Below are positions 35,678 to 45,311 of a DNA stretch of 55,754 nt, in pieces. Within the stretch, counting starts at the first letter, position 1. The number at the start of each line of letters is the position of its first letter. This DNA is from a virus (taxonomy: Duplodnaviria; Caudoviricetes), in IMG/VR virus record IMGVR_UViG_3300020176_000019, positions 1 through 55,754 of that record; one strand, 5' to 3'. The position numbers and the translations under genes are program-made. Below the pieces are notes generated by a model that worked only from the letters and a program-made list of their open reading frames with translations, did not search any database and was not told the origin of the DNA.

Positions 35678-37329
35678 GGTTGTGATTGAGATTCTGATAC
35701 TGATGAGTAACTTTTAGCTGATCCACTAGAATCTGATGAAGAGTCCGAAGCAGAAGACGAAGCAGAAGACGAAGCAGAAGACGGATAGACCACACCCCCA
35801 CCAGAATCTGAAGAAGAATCTGATGAATGTGAAGCAGAATCTGAAGCAGAATCTGAAGAAGAATCTGGATAAGATTCAGCAGGAAAACTTATTTTGAATG
35901 TGTAGTTGGCTTTCTGGGGAGCCATGTAAATGGCGTCACCATACGTAATACCGTAAGAATACCATGAGTCATTAGCAGAGTTAGTGGTGGAGCCTGAACC
36001 TGCAAGTTCAGTCGATATGTCCTGATAACCAATTTCGTCTGTTGCTGGGTCTATCCAGAATAGATAAGGTATTTCATACGGAACTGAGTAGATAAAACCA
36101 TCTGGGCCTAACACAGATGAATAAGACTTATTCTTATAAGTGTCTACCTCACTGCTAGTCCCACTGTTATGCGTCGTTTCAAACACCCGCAAAGCAGACG
36201 GTAGAGAGATTTCAGTAGCCGAGTCATCCGAGGTATCGATCTTTAGGATCGCATTGCCATGCCTCGGGAAACAGTAAATGCACCCGTTCGACGGGACGTA
36301 AGTTCCTCCAGAATACTTATTCCAATAGGCGTGGTTCAAAACCACATTGAAACTCCACGTCCCACTGTAAAGAGGTTCGTTACCTGTGAGCTGGTCCGAA
36401 CCTAAAGTGATGCTGTCATCTGACGGGTCTACGATAGCAATACGGTCAGCCCCGTAAGGAGTCAAATACACCTTCCCGTTACCTGCTGTAGTCGCTCCGA
36501 AGTAAGCATCATACATCCATGTGAATGCCGTGCTTTCTGTATTCCAGTTAGGTCGGACTGAGTATATCCCCCCAGTCCGTGCTGGTGTGAACGATATTAA
36601 CGACTGAGTAAAATCAGACAGATTAAACTTAGATACGACAGGGTTAGAGAGCGTGGATGTATTACGGTAGTAGATACTCCCGTAAATTTTGCCGGACGCC
36701 AACGCGCCTCCACGAATGCTGTTCTTCGTAAGACCAGATTTGTAATTGATGTCGGGGTCGTCAGTCCCTGCCGGATCTACTTGAAGGTAAGACGTATTAC
36801 CACTTGGGTTGGCGTATATTTTACCATCACTAGCCGTTAAAGAATCAACATATTTCTGAGTGGAGCTACCAGCCACCGTCCCCGATCCCGTTTTACGGGT
36901 TGTGTCATTTGACGGATCGATGATTAGAACTTCATCTTCTTGGTAGGGGGTGCAGTATAATTTGCCGCCGCTTTCTGCGATACCGCGCCATTTAAGATTA
37001 GTTGCCTCTCCTAAGTCGCTTCCAATCAGCTCGAAAGTAAGGTTAGGGCCTCCACTACCACTAGACCCACTGCCCGAAGAACTGGAAAAACTTTCAGATA
37101 CGCTACTTGAGGACCTCGTAGAAGCACTACCAGAGGCGGAAGCACTTGCAGAGGCGGAAGCACTTTCAGAGGCGGAAGCACTTGCAGAGGCGGAAGCACT
37201 TGCAGAGGCGGAAGCACTTTCAGAGGCGGAAGCACTTGCAGAGGCGGAAGCACTTGCAGAGGCGGAAGCACTTTCAGAGGCGGAAGCACTTTCAGAGGCT
37301 AGAGACTCGGACGAACTCGATTCTGACAT
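35674..37329 (-). CDS. Serine-rich-repeat virion protein with central beta-propeller-like domain
   Basis: N-terminal (SA/SE)n tract; C-terminal S/D/A tract; central G..A.nGKiY..Py....il.iDp..D repeats. Confidence 0.75.
   Translation of the reverse strand: MSESSSSESLASESASASESASASASASASASASASESASASASASASASASASESASASASASASGSASTRSSSSVSESFSSSSGSGSSGSGGPNLTFELIGSDLGEATNLKWRGIAESGGKLYCTPYQEDEVLIIDPSNDTTRKTGSGTVAGSSTQKYVDSLTASDGKIYANPSGNTSYLQVDPAGTDDPDINYKSGLTKNSIRGGALASGKIYGSIYYRNTSTLSNPVVSKFNLSDFTQSLISFTPARTGGIYSVRPNWNTESTAFTWMYDAYFGATTAGNGKVYLTPYGADRIAIVDPSDDSITLGSDQLTGNEPLYSGTWSFNVVLNHAYWNKYSGGTYVPSNGCIYCFPRHGNAILKIDTSDDSATEISLPSALRVFETTHNSGTSSEVDTYKNKSYSSVLGPDGFIYSVPYEIPYLFWIDPATDEIGYQDISTELAGSGSTTNSANDSWYSYGITYGDAIYMAPQKANYTFKISFPAESYPDSSSDSASDSASHSSDSSSDSGGGVVYPSSASSSASSSASDSSSDSSGSAKSYSSVSESQSQP
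37131..37298 (-). repeat. 18-bp coding tandem repeat x9 (SASASA/SESASA)
   Basis: CAGAGGCGGAAGCACTT(G/T) nine times, variant order G,T,G,G,T,G,G,T,T. Confidence 0.95.
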
Positions 37330-38363
37330 TACGACCTCGGATATGCTGAGTTAATGAACTTCTCGTTAGCGATGAACTGCTCTTTGCTACGCTCCGGCAT
37401 ATCCAAATGTTTAAAGCCTTTACGTATTCCAGTCAGTTTCAAAGTAACCTTTGTCGGCCTCAAGAATGGTATAGGCCACGCCGAAAGGACGACGTTATTT
37501 TTCTCGACCACCGCGCCGACTGGTCCAGCTCTGTCGCCGGAGATACCTGTAATAGTCATCGAGTCAGGCTCACATACGGCTAGAAACCTGTCGTCGATTC
37601 TAGCCACTGTCTTAGCTCCTTCCAACGGAACGTCCCTCATCACGAACTCAAAAAGAACCTCGTTGGATTCCATCGTGAATAACGCACCGTATCCTTTTTC
37701 GTGCCAGTCCATAGGCACAATAGCAGTAGATTTGTCTGAGCCGGAGTCAGAAACTGACGATGATGAGTCTGAAACACTACTTTCTTCCTGAATGCCGAAA
37801 GCCGTGAGCCAGTAAACATCGGACGAGATGTTCTGGTCTAAGCTAGAAATCGGGGTCCCACCATCTGGAACATTACCGATCTTCAGGTAGAACTGACCGC
37901 CCAGATCATTTGGGAGACCGCGAGAAGGTGGCACGCCATCCTTTCCCGTAATCTCGCATTGTGTTACGTTGCCAGCGGAGTCCGTCGTCCAAGCTAGATA
38001 AACATCTCCCCTCCAATCAAGATCATAGAAATCATAGCGGTTTTCACTAACCGCCATCGGTGAAGGGATTATACTTTGAGGATTACCTACACCAGTCTGA
38101 GTCACCAGACCGTCTTTGTTGAAGGTCATCCGGTTGATCTGGTGGACCAGAACACCGAAATAGATCTGCATCCCGTCTTCGCCGTCTATCGTCGTAGGGC
38201 GTAGCGCAAACGGAAACGGCTTATAGGCCGGATCTTCGGGGCTGACGTCGCCCGTTGCGGTATCGTAATCGTCAGTGTAGGCAGTTGTGTAATCCCGCAT
38301 CCCCTCGGGTGGGGAATCTAACGGGATAGGTAACGGGATGTCAGAATTATACTTCGGATTCAT
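37329..38363 (-). CDS. Virion structural protein with Ser-rich linker
   Basis: Likely start ATG 38363 (MNPKYNSD); EESSVSDSSSSVSDSGSDKSTAIVP linker. Confidence 0.6.
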   Translation of the reverse strand: MNPKYNSDIPLPIPLDSPPEGMRDYTTAYTDDYDTATGDVSPEDPAYKPFPFALRPTTIDGEDGMQIYFGVLVHQINRMTFNKDGLVTQTGVGNPQSIIPSPMAVSENRYDFYDLDWRGDVYLAWTTDSAGNVTQCEITGKDGVPPSRGLPNDLGGQFYLKIGNVPDGGTPISSLDQNISSDVYWLTAFGIQEESSVSDSSSSVSDSGSDKSTAIVPMDWHEKGYGALFTMESNEVLFEFVMRDVPLEGAKTVARIDDRFLAVCEPDSMTITGISGDRAGPVGAVVEKNNVVLSAWPIPFLRPTKVTLKLTGIRKGFKHLDMPERSKEQFIANEKFINSAYPRS

Positions 38364-40576
38364 GACGGTGGGTAAACAGTAACCGTTTCCATGAGCCACC
38401 CGCCCCTAAAGGGCCTAACCTCCGAAGAAGTAACGTGGGGCTTCCACGATACCACGTTGGTAGCGTTCTTAGTATACACAGCTCCCGTATCCTCCCAAGT
38501 TTCGTCGCCATTCACACTGACTCTAAAGTTTACTGCGCCATGTAACGTCGGTGGGATACTTAAATCAAACAACGGGTTCTTAATCTGAATCACCTCCGGC
38601 TCTGGCTTCTCTCCGGCGGGAATACCAACTGGTTGCTCTGTGGACCAGCTAATATCGACAACAGCTCTGCACGGTCCACTGAACGCCCCTTTTGTGTATA
38701 TGACTCTCGGATAGGTTTTAGACGCTCCGGTGCGTTGGTTCCAAACATCGAACTCTACTCCACTCAAAATAGGTGGGAATGCGTAGGTCACTACAGTCTC
38801 ATAGCGAAGTCTGGCGCATGCGTTCGGGACAAAAGTTTCTCCCACCCCTTCTTCAGGTCGGTAGCTATTGTAACCCATACTCAGATCGATAGGCTTCAGT
38901 TGGTAGCCTACACTGGTGTAATCTGTAAGGGTGGATTGCGCCGCTGTAAGGGCAGCGTATTCTACATCTACTGATGTTATTAAATCATTGAGAGCTTTGA
39001 AGTTATTCGGTGCGCCGAAGAAGGCTCCTTTAGGTTCTGATGGAGTTGCGTAATTAGATAATAGGCCAAGTAAGACGCATTCCCCGTCTACGACCATGCA
39101 CGCAAGGCTTCCAGAATCTCCTCCAACAACATTTTCTTGCCAAGCAGTGTAACCAGTCGCGGGGCTAAGGGTAAACTGACGGTAACTCGAATCAGCATCA
39201 GGGTTGTCGTAATCGAAATTACCGAACTGTAAGTTTTTGATCTTACGGATGTGCGCGTTCTCGTCTTGGTCGGTCGTTAAAACCAATACTTCCTCTGCCG
39301 CCGTAGTAGGAGTAGACCATTCTTCATTGGTATTAAACTCGTCTGTTTGGAAATACTGGTAGCCATCCTTCGGCAGAACTTTTACTACTTCAATGGCAGG
39401 TGGTAAGTCATAGTCAAGTAACGCAACAGAGTAATCCCAATTTGATCCTGCTGCGTTGGGGTGCGATTGGGCGCATACAATACGGCGAGAGTAGACTTCT
39501 CCAGTCCTAGAACAGAAATAAACCGTATCTCCTGTCTCGAAGTCGGGCGGGATGTCGTCCCATTGAAGACGCCCATCGTAATACTGCGCGTGGCTAGTGT
39601 ATAAGATATGGCGCGGTGTGATCGCAACGCCGCCTATTTGTTTCTGTTGGCCTTGCGTAACTCGGCTGTTCCACGCAACGAATCCAGTAATCCCTTTTAT
39701 GTTATGCGCCCAGCAGTCCGTATTACGAACTAGGTTAGGGGTAACCCCAGAACCCGCTTGATAAGTGCTGAACAAGTTTAAGTCTGAGGTTGTCTTCCCC
39801 TCTATAGAATCAAGTATGGATTTCCGAGCCTCTCCTTGCAGGTCATCTCCAAATTCGCTGGATTCGCATTTAACGACCTCCTGCTCAGTAACGGCGAACC
39901 AGTTATCTGACAACTGCTGGACAGTCCGAACTGTCCCAGAGTCCATGCCCCAGTAATCATCGTCAGAATCTAAGCCCTCAATCGCACTTGATGCGCCATC
40001 GGGAACCTCACCGCGATAGTAAAGAATCTGCTTCGTTTCGTTCGTGGTCCTAAAGTACTCATCAAAGTCGAAACGAGTTAACGGAACCTTCTTTACGTAG
40101 GTCCGCTGCTCGATGACATAGAGGCCGTTCAGAATCTTGTCGTTGATCGGGATCTGCTTACGTTCTGCCAGAACGTGCGTGCCTGTGAACTTGCCGGATG
40201 GAACGTCAGGCATATCCGCCCCCATCTCTGGTGTCTCTGGATTAAATTCACTACGGCGGATTACGTAATCGCGAGCCACGGCGTCGAACTTCGTGCCGCC
40301 AATGTCCGCTTCCGTATAAGACCAGTTGTCGTCGTCTTGCTCGATCTGATCCGCAACGTAGTAGTAACGGTAATAGCGGTTCTGGTCATCCGCAGCCTCG
40401 ACATGGACCAGTCGGTGGTCTGGCCACTTTTTGTAGTCGGGGTGCTTCGTGCCGTATTCTGGCACTTCCGTTCCGATCCTGTCCGCGTCTACGGTCTCAA
40501 AGAATAAGATGTCGTTGATGTTCGGCGTAGGGAACGTAACGACTGCTTGTCTCTGTGGAGAAGGATTCAGGGCCAT
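38360..40576 (-). CDS. Virion structural protein with inserted trypsin-like serine protease domain
   Basis: AITPRHILYTSHA (His), WDYSVALLD (Asp), GGDSGS (Ser) in chymotrypsin-clan order. Confidence 0.7.
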   Translation of the reverse strand: MALNPSPQRQAVVTFPTPNINDILFFETVDADRIGTEVPEYGTKHPDYKKWPDHRLVHVEAADDQNRYYRYYYVADQIEQDDDNWSYTEADIGGTKFDAVARDYVIRRSEFNPETPEMGADMPDVPSGKFTGTHVLAERKQIPINDKILNGLYVIEQRTYVKKVPLTRFDFDEYFRTTNETKQILYYRGEVPDGASSAIEGLDSDDDYWGMDSGTVRTVQQLSDNWFAVTEQEVVKCESSEFGDDLQGEARKSILDSIEGKTTSDLNLFSTYQAGSGVTPNLVRNTDCWAHNIKGITGFVAWNSRVTQGQQKQIGGVAITPRHILYTSHAQYYDGRLQWDDIPPDFETGDTVYFCSRTGEVYSRRIVCAQSHPNAAGSNWDYSVALLDYDLPPAIEVVKVLPKDGYQYFQTDEFNTNEEWSTPTTAAEEVLVLTTDQDENAHIRKIKNLQFGNFDYDNPDADSSYRQFTLSPATGYTAWQENVVGGDSGSLACMVVDGECVLLGLLSNYATPSEPKGAFFGAPNNFKALNDLITSVDVEYAALTAAQSTLTDYTSVGYQLKPIDLSMGYNSYRPEEGVGETFVPNACARLRYETVVTYAFPPILSGVEFDVWNQRTGASKTYPRVIYTKGAFSGPCRAVVDISWSTEQPVGIPAGEKPEPEVIQIKNPLFDLSIPPTLHGAVNFRVSVNGDETWEDTGAVYTKNATNVVSWKPHVTSSEVRPFRGGWLMETVTVYPPS

Positions 40577-40578
40577 GG

Positions 40579-41385
40579 TTAGAAGAGATTATTCCAAGAA
40601 GTGCCGTCGTAACAGCGTAACTTACTCAAGGTGCTGTCGAAGTAAACTTGTCCGGTGACTGCTGGTGAAGGTGCTGAAGCTTGAGGTAAGAACCTCGCGG
40701 CTCCTGTTACCGATAAGGAATCGGAAGAAGTTAATACACTATCTGACCCTACCTGCAACGCACCTCCTCCGGCAGACAAGTCGCTGGTTACTGTTACGTT
40801 GCTGAAGCTGACCGTAGAGTTTGTATTGAGGTCTTGGTTAGGGGCAACTTCTTTAGCGGTTATGACAAACGAGCCGTTATTCTGCTGGTCCCTATCGCAG
40901 ATACCAACCTGTTGCGGGTTGGTTGATGGTTTAGTAGCGGTGAACCCACCAGTTGGTCCGACGTAAATCGGGTTGTTGATGCCAAAGCCTTGAGTATCAA
41001 TGTCCTCAATAATACCGGAAATAATGCAGTTTGCGCCCTGATGTCCGGCAGTGTAAGTGGCGTCAATCACCCCAATAGCTGGCATCTTCGCATTGTCATT
41101 CGCCTGTGCGCGCCTTACCTTCGGCTCACTCGTGCCGCTGTTGTAGCCAGAAACGTAAACCGGATCTCCTTTCGTCAAGTTCTCTTGGGCCTCGACATGG
41201 ATATACAACTGACCAGCAATGTTGCCGTGGATGTGGTTCGCAGTAAGTAAGTTACTGACCGTTAAGTTACTGAAGGTCGCGCTCTCCGGTAAGTCAACGA
41301 CACCAGTTGTCGATAGCTTCAGTTGCCAGTTCTGCTCTGATACCGTCAGCGTGTGCCGAGGCGTTTCTGTGATCTCTACAGCCAT
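40579..41385 (-). CDS. Virion fibre/cement-like protein
   Basis: ENLTKGDPVYVSG..PAIGV..IYVGPTGGFTATKP; C-terminal GQVYFDST..YDGTSW. Confidence 0.6.
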   Translation of the reverse strand: MAVEITETPRHTLTVSEQNWQLKLSTTGVVDLPESATFSNLTVSNLLTANHIHGNIAGQLYIHVEAQENLTKGDPVYVSGYNSGTSEPKVRRAQANDNAKMPAIGVIDATYTAGHQGANCIISGIIEDIDTQGFGINNPIYVGPTGGFTATKPSTNPQQVGICDRDQQNNGSFVITAKEVAPNQDLNTNSTVSFSNVTVTSDLSAGGGALQVGSDSVLTSSDSLSVTGAARFLPQASAPSPAVTGQVYFDSTLSKLRCYDGTSWNNLF

Positions 41386-41729
41386 TAGATGTCAGTAATG
41401 TTGTTATCGACCTTTACGTCACCGTAAATCAAACGGGTCGTCGTGCTTTCAGTATTCTCGAAACGGAACATATCCCACTTGTAGTTGACGTTCCCGTCAA
41501 GTTTCAAGGTCTCCGACTTACTCAAATCAGCGGTCAGGATACCATTTCCAGCATCCGTAATAGCGCAACTAAAAGACGCGACAAGAGGTTTCCCTCCGTC
41601 GCGCCTGATCTCAGCCGTAAAGGTGTCTCCAGCAATGTCTACTGGACCGCCTCCGCTATCTTGAACAGTCAATGTGAACGAGAAATCCTCGCCACGGCTT
41701 ACAATAATATTATGTTTTGCTGCTGCCAT
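41385..41729 (-). CDS. Small Ig-like virion protein (BppU-N-like)
   Basis: RGEDFSFTL..PVDI.G.TFTAEIR..GILT..L..SET..L..YKWD. Confidence 0.6.
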   Translation of the reverse strand: MAAAKHNIIVSRGEDFSFTLTVQDSGGGPVDIAGDTFTAEIRRDGGKPLVASFSCAITDAGNGILTADLSKSETLKLDGNVNYKWDMFRFENTESTTTRLIYGDVKVDNNITDI

Positions 41730-42030
41730 CAGTCATAGCCTTCTCCACGGCAATGACGAAGCCTACATTATCTGACTTGTCTTGTCCAGCGTCCTGTTTC
41801 ATGGGACCGCCGTTTACAACGTAGGAATGAACCGTGTCCAGATAATCGTTGGCCAACGTGACTTTGGACTGAACCCAAGCCTCGCTCATGCGCGGAGAAC
41901 CACAACCACATTGCTGTAGGAGCTGCTCAACATTAGCTTGCACGTTGGAAAGCTGCTGCTGGATCATCTCCAGATCCTTCTCAGCATTTTCATGCTGAGG
42001 AGAATCATCAGATTGGTAAACGTCGTTCAT
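41710..42030 (-). CDS. Hypothetical protein
   Basis: 106 aa; EAWVQSKVTLANDYLDTV helix; coupled in operon. Confidence 0.6.
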   Translation of the reverse strand: MNDVYQSDDSPQHENAEKDLEMIQQQLSNVQANVEQLLQQCGCGSPRMSEAWVQSKVTLANDYLDTVHSYVVNGGPMKQDAGQDKSDNVGFVIAVEKAMTDGSSKT

Positions 42031-43526
42031 TAGGAATTACGGTAGACTTGAAGGGCGAATTGATTAGCGGACATTTCACCTAAGCCGCCTTGTTTCGCAA
42101 GCATACCCTTCATTTTCTCAAGCTTTTCCCTGTCCATTTTAGAATTAGGGTCAAACTCGGTTCCATGGGTATTCTTGAACAACCCGACGGCTTCGTTGGT
42201 GTAATCGACTTCTGGTTCATCAGTAGCTTCTTCGACAGCCCCTAACGCTGCCTCAGTGGCTGCGGTTGCGGCGGGACTCATCGCCTCAGCTTTAGGTGCG
42301 GCTGGTGCGGCTGGTGCGGCTGGTGCGGCTGGTGCGGCTGGTGCGGCTGGTGCGGCTGGTTCTTCGGCATCAACATCAGCTAACCTTTGATCGACAACGT
42401 CGTCTACGGTGGGTTCTGGCTCACTAAAAGCGGAATCATATAACGCTCTAGCTTGCTCAGGGCTTTGGATTGCTCCGTATTCTTTTAGAAGTTGGGGGTT
42501 ACGGACGGCAGCTTTCTCAAGAGCCTCCATTTCCACACCAGATAAAGCACCTTCTAAAGCAGCCTCTCGTGCCTCACCTTTAGCTTGGTTCGCCGCACGT
42601 TGAGGCGCGAGACGTTCCCTCATTTCTCCTGCTTCATATAAGGCTTGTTGCCCCGCGTCCATACTAGATAGGGCGGAACCTGCACCATATATGTAGTTCA
42701 CTGGATTCATGACGGCTTCCGCCGCACCTTCAAAGGCTTGTGCTGCGGTACTATTGCCGCCCATTTGCTTGAAATTAGTTTGAACTCTTTTTCTTTCTTC
42801 TTCATCGGTAGCGAGGTCAAAAACGTCTTTTGCTGCTAATGCGACCTCTAGAGGCAAGGCTGCTTTACCAAGAACTTTACCAACCGTTTCGCCAACTACT
42901 TTCCCCACCCCCTTAGTCTTGCCAGCCTTTTCGGCTACATCGATAGCGGCCTCTTTTGCTTCTTTCTTTACCTGTTTCGCAGTCTTATCTACTGTATCCT
43001 TTGCTTTTTTCGTAGCCCTATCTACGGCTTCTTGTGCTTTCTTTTCTGATTTACTAGATGCCTCCTCAAAAGTCTGTTTAATCCCAGCCTTGGATTTAGG
43101 CTTGGTCGCTTTCTTCTTAGCTGGTTCCTTCTTAGCTGGTTCCTCTGCGGTTGCTTTGGACTTCGTTTCCTTAGAAATTTTTTCTGTCTCTTCTTTGAAA
43201 GTTTTATCAGTCCAAGACTTCCTTTCAGCGTCGGTCATTTTATCCCATTCCCCCGAATCGATGAGGTCCATCATCTTGTTATAAGTCCTCGTATTCGCTC
43301 TTGAATTAGGGGCGACTTTGATTGGCCTCTGTCCATCCGCTCTTACCTCAACCCTCGATAAAAAATCTTCAGGTTCGGCGGATAACAGTTTGTTTACCAC
43401 TTCGCGATTTTTTTGAAGTAACTCTTGCTGTCCGCGAGTCAACGGGCGTCCCTCTAAAGCTAATTCAAGGGCGGTTTTTAAAGGTGAGTTTGAAGCTAAC
43501 TCGGCTGCGGTATATAATTTTGCCAT
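42030..43526 (-). CDS. Putative internal virion protein with K/A-rich and APA repeat segments
   Basis: 498-aa ORF downstream of the capsid genes. Confidence 0.6.
   Translation of the reverse strand: MAKLYTAAELASNSPLKTALELALEGRPLTRGQQELLQKNREVVNKLLSAEPEDFLSRVEVRADGQRPIKVAPNSRANTRTYNKMMDLIDSGEWDKMTDAERKSWTDKTFKEETEKISKETKSKATAEEPAKKEPAKKKATKPKSKAGIKQTFEEASSKSEKKAQEAVDRATKKAKDTVDKTAKQVKKEAKEAAIDVAEKAGKTKGVGKVVGETVGKVLGKAALPLEVALAAKDVFDLATDEEERKRVQTNFKQMGGNSTAAQAFEGAAEAVMNPVNYIYGAGSALSSMDAGQQALYEAGEMRERLAPQRAANQAKGEAREAALEGALSGVEMEALEKAAVRNPQLLKEYGAIQSPEQARALYDSAFSEPEPTVDDVVDQRLADVDAEEPAAPAAPAAPAAPAAPAAPAAPKAEAMSPAATAATEAALGAVEEATDEPEVDYTNEAVGLFKNTHGTEFDPNSKMDREKLEKMKGMLAKQGGLGEMSANQFALQVYRNS
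42295..42360 (-). repeat. 9-bp coding tandem repeat x7 (Ala-Ala-Pro)
   Basis: GGTGCGGCT seven times. Confidence 0.95.
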
Positions 43527-43541
43527 GGTAATTTTTTCTGT

Positions 43542-43586
43542 AAAAAAGAACCCCGCTACCCGTTTTGGAGACAGGTAACGGGGTTC
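43542..43586 (-). terminator. Rho-independent terminator after the capsid genes
   Basis: Minus strand GAACCCCGTTACC..GGTAGCGGGGTTC followed by a T run. Confidence 0.85.
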
Positions 43587-43609
43587 ATGTTAAGTGATAC
43601 GTGATTAGC

Positions 43610-43807
43610 TTAAGAAGCTAAAGGACTCATTCCCAAGGCTTGCGCTAACTCATCGACGGTAATGGTCTTAGCTTTTTGCTCGGAGATATCGTAAACCTGA
43701 AGAACATCATCTTTATTAAGCTGATCTTTTGCAGCAGAATTGACAGCGGTCAGATCAGTAGTCCCCAGCAGCTTCGCGATAGTCGGTGCGTCATCTAGTG
43801 TTGGCAT
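43610..43807 (-). CDS. Small capsid-associated protein
   Basis: 65 aa between the major capsid gene and the terminator. Confidence 0.6.
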   Translation of the reverse strand: MPTLDDAPTIAKLLGTTDLTAVNSAAKDQLNKDDVLQVYDISEQKAKTITVDELAQALGMSPLAS

Positions 43808-43829
43808 AATTCTATAAAAGTTACGCTAA

Positions 43830-43863
43830 GTAATGTTCCCGAAACAGATTTCAGGAACATTAC
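43830..43863 (-). promoter_or_regulatory. Hairpin after the major capsid gene (processing/stability or partial terminator)
   Basis: GTAATGTTCC-C-GAAA-CAGA-TTTC-A-GGAACATTAC inverted repeat. Confidence 0.55.
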
Positions 43864-43876
43864 CTAACTAGATTAA

Positions 43877-45154
43877 TTAAGCAGCAGGAGTGCTGGAGTC
43901 ACGCTTGAAGAGGAGAACATAACCAAACTCAGTCTTGATGGGCTTGGTTGCGCTGGCAAGAACACCACGGAAGAATCCGATGGTTCCGTCAGGGTTGGTA
44001 ATCTCATTAGCGATGTTCTTCCAGTCAAACTTACCACGGTAGTTGACAGGATCGAAGCTGATTCCGTTACCGCCAGTCATGGGGTTCGGGATGAGGGCTT
44101 CGCAAACTTCAGGGTGGAGAACGTAAGCTGCTTCAAACGGAGCTGCCTCGTATGCGGGGTTAGGAGTAGCAATTCCTCCAGCGGATACACTGTAAGGCTC
44201 AACAAGTGAGTAGTTAGCTGCGTAGCGTGGAGCAAGATCGTCAACGAGGTGGTAGAATCCTCGGAAGGACTTCTCGATGCCGAGAGGGGCGATGAGATCA
44301 CTGACCTTAGCGTTGTTGTAACGAACGTCATCGCGGAAGCCTGCTTCAGTCTGGAGCTGGTAGGAAGCCTCAGAGGAGAGGACGAGCGAGAACACTGGGC
44401 GACCGTTTTCACGACCGTAAGCGTTAGAGCCTGCGCCAGCACGGATGAGGCTGTAGTAGATCTTGTCGAGAACAGCGTTAGATACGTTAGCAGTAACGGC
44501 TGCCGTTGGCACTTTAGCAAGAGACTCCTGCGCGGTAGTAATTACAGTTCCAGAAGTTGCACAAAGAACTTTGTTGTCAGCGATGGAGTGGAACTCATCA
44601 CGGTAGCGGTTCTCCCAAGTGTTGCGGGTGACCTGAGTCATGATGTCCATGATGGCGCGAAGCTGCTCTTGACGGTGTGCAGCGAAGCGGAGGTCTTCCA
44701 AAGAAATCTTTGGGGACTCAATCACAGCACGCTGCAAAGAGTAAGGCTTGAGCTTCTTGTTGAACTGGACATACGAGCGTCGGTCGGTTCCGGCGGGGTT
44801 GTTGTCAGAGGGATCTTGCCCGTCACCGCGTCCGCCTTGGACATCCTGAGCAGCGTCGTCGATCTGACCAATAGTAAGGTCGGTCGAGGTGAACTGACCG
44901 CCTACGTTAGACCATGCGCCAGATCCAGCAACAGTGGTTCCGGCAGCGTCAGAAGTTGCAACAGCACGATCATAAACGAGCGTGGTCTGCTGGTATCCCA
45001 TCCCATCAGGGAATGCGGACTGCTTAGTGAGGTCCAACCAAGGAGAGGTGTGGAGCGTGCGTGAGTAGATGTCGCTGCCGATGCGGTTAGCTTCTTCAGC
45101 GAGAATGGTGTTAATTGAAGCGAGGCCAGTAGACCCCAAATTAAAGGTAGACAT
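43877..45154 (-). CDS. Major capsid protein
   Basis: ~425 aa from ATG 45154 (MSTFNLGS); follows portal and scaffold; own promoter and downstream terminator; codon usage looks highly biased. Confidence 0.75.
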   Translation of the reverse strand: MSTFNLGSTGLASINTILAEEANRIGSDIYSRTLHTSPWLDLTKQSAFPDGMGYQQTTLVYDRAVATSDAAGTTVAGSGAWSNVGGQFTSTDLTIGQIDDAAQDVQGGRGDGQDPSDNNPAGTDRRSYVQFNKKLKPYSLQRAVIESPKISLEDLRFAAHRQEQLRAIMDIMTQVTRNTWENRYRDEFHSIADNKVLCATSGTVITTAQESLAKVPTAAVTANVSNAVLDKIYYSLIRAGAGSNAYGRENGRPVFSLVLSSEASYQLQTEAGFRDDVRYNNAKVSDLIAPLGIEKSFRGFYHLVDDLAPRYAANYSLVEPYSVSAGGIATPNPAYEAAPFEAAYVLHPEVCEALIPNPMTGGNGISFDPVNYRGKFDWKNIANEITNPDGTIGFFRGVLASATKPIKTEFGYVLLFKRDSSTPAA

Positions 45155-45228
45155 TGTTCTAAATAAATAAGGGTTTGCGCTTCCGGCCAACGTGGTCGGA
45201 AACTAAAAAGTTTAGGGCGAACCTCAAT

Positions 45229-45311
45229 TAGAACTATTTACTGGCTAGAGCAACCACGAGTTTCTATGTGCTTTACCAGTTGTAATAGAACTAATTTAGG
45301 CTAGAGCAACC
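45229..45311 (-). repeat. Tandem duplicated motif in the capsid gene leader
   Basis: TAGAACTA-N5/6-GGCTAGAGCAACC at 45229-45255 and 45286-45311. Confidence 0.85.

Noticed and set aside
37131-37298. CRISPR array
   Set aside because: Repeats are contiguous with no spacers and encode an in-frame Ser/Ala tract
36950-37354. Alternative-frame repeat ORFs (AEAEAL, VLPPLQ, QRRKH)
   Set aside because: By-products of the 18-bp repeat; only the Ser-rich frame is continuous with a large gene
43807-43877. Frameshift or read-through extension of the major capsid protein
   Set aside because: TAA is followed by further stops and a hairpin; no slippery site noticed; the next ORF has its own ATG
44249-45064. 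271-aa plus-strand ORF antisense to the capsid gene
   Set aside because: Expected from strong codon bias of the capsid gene; no recognisable motifs or expression signals
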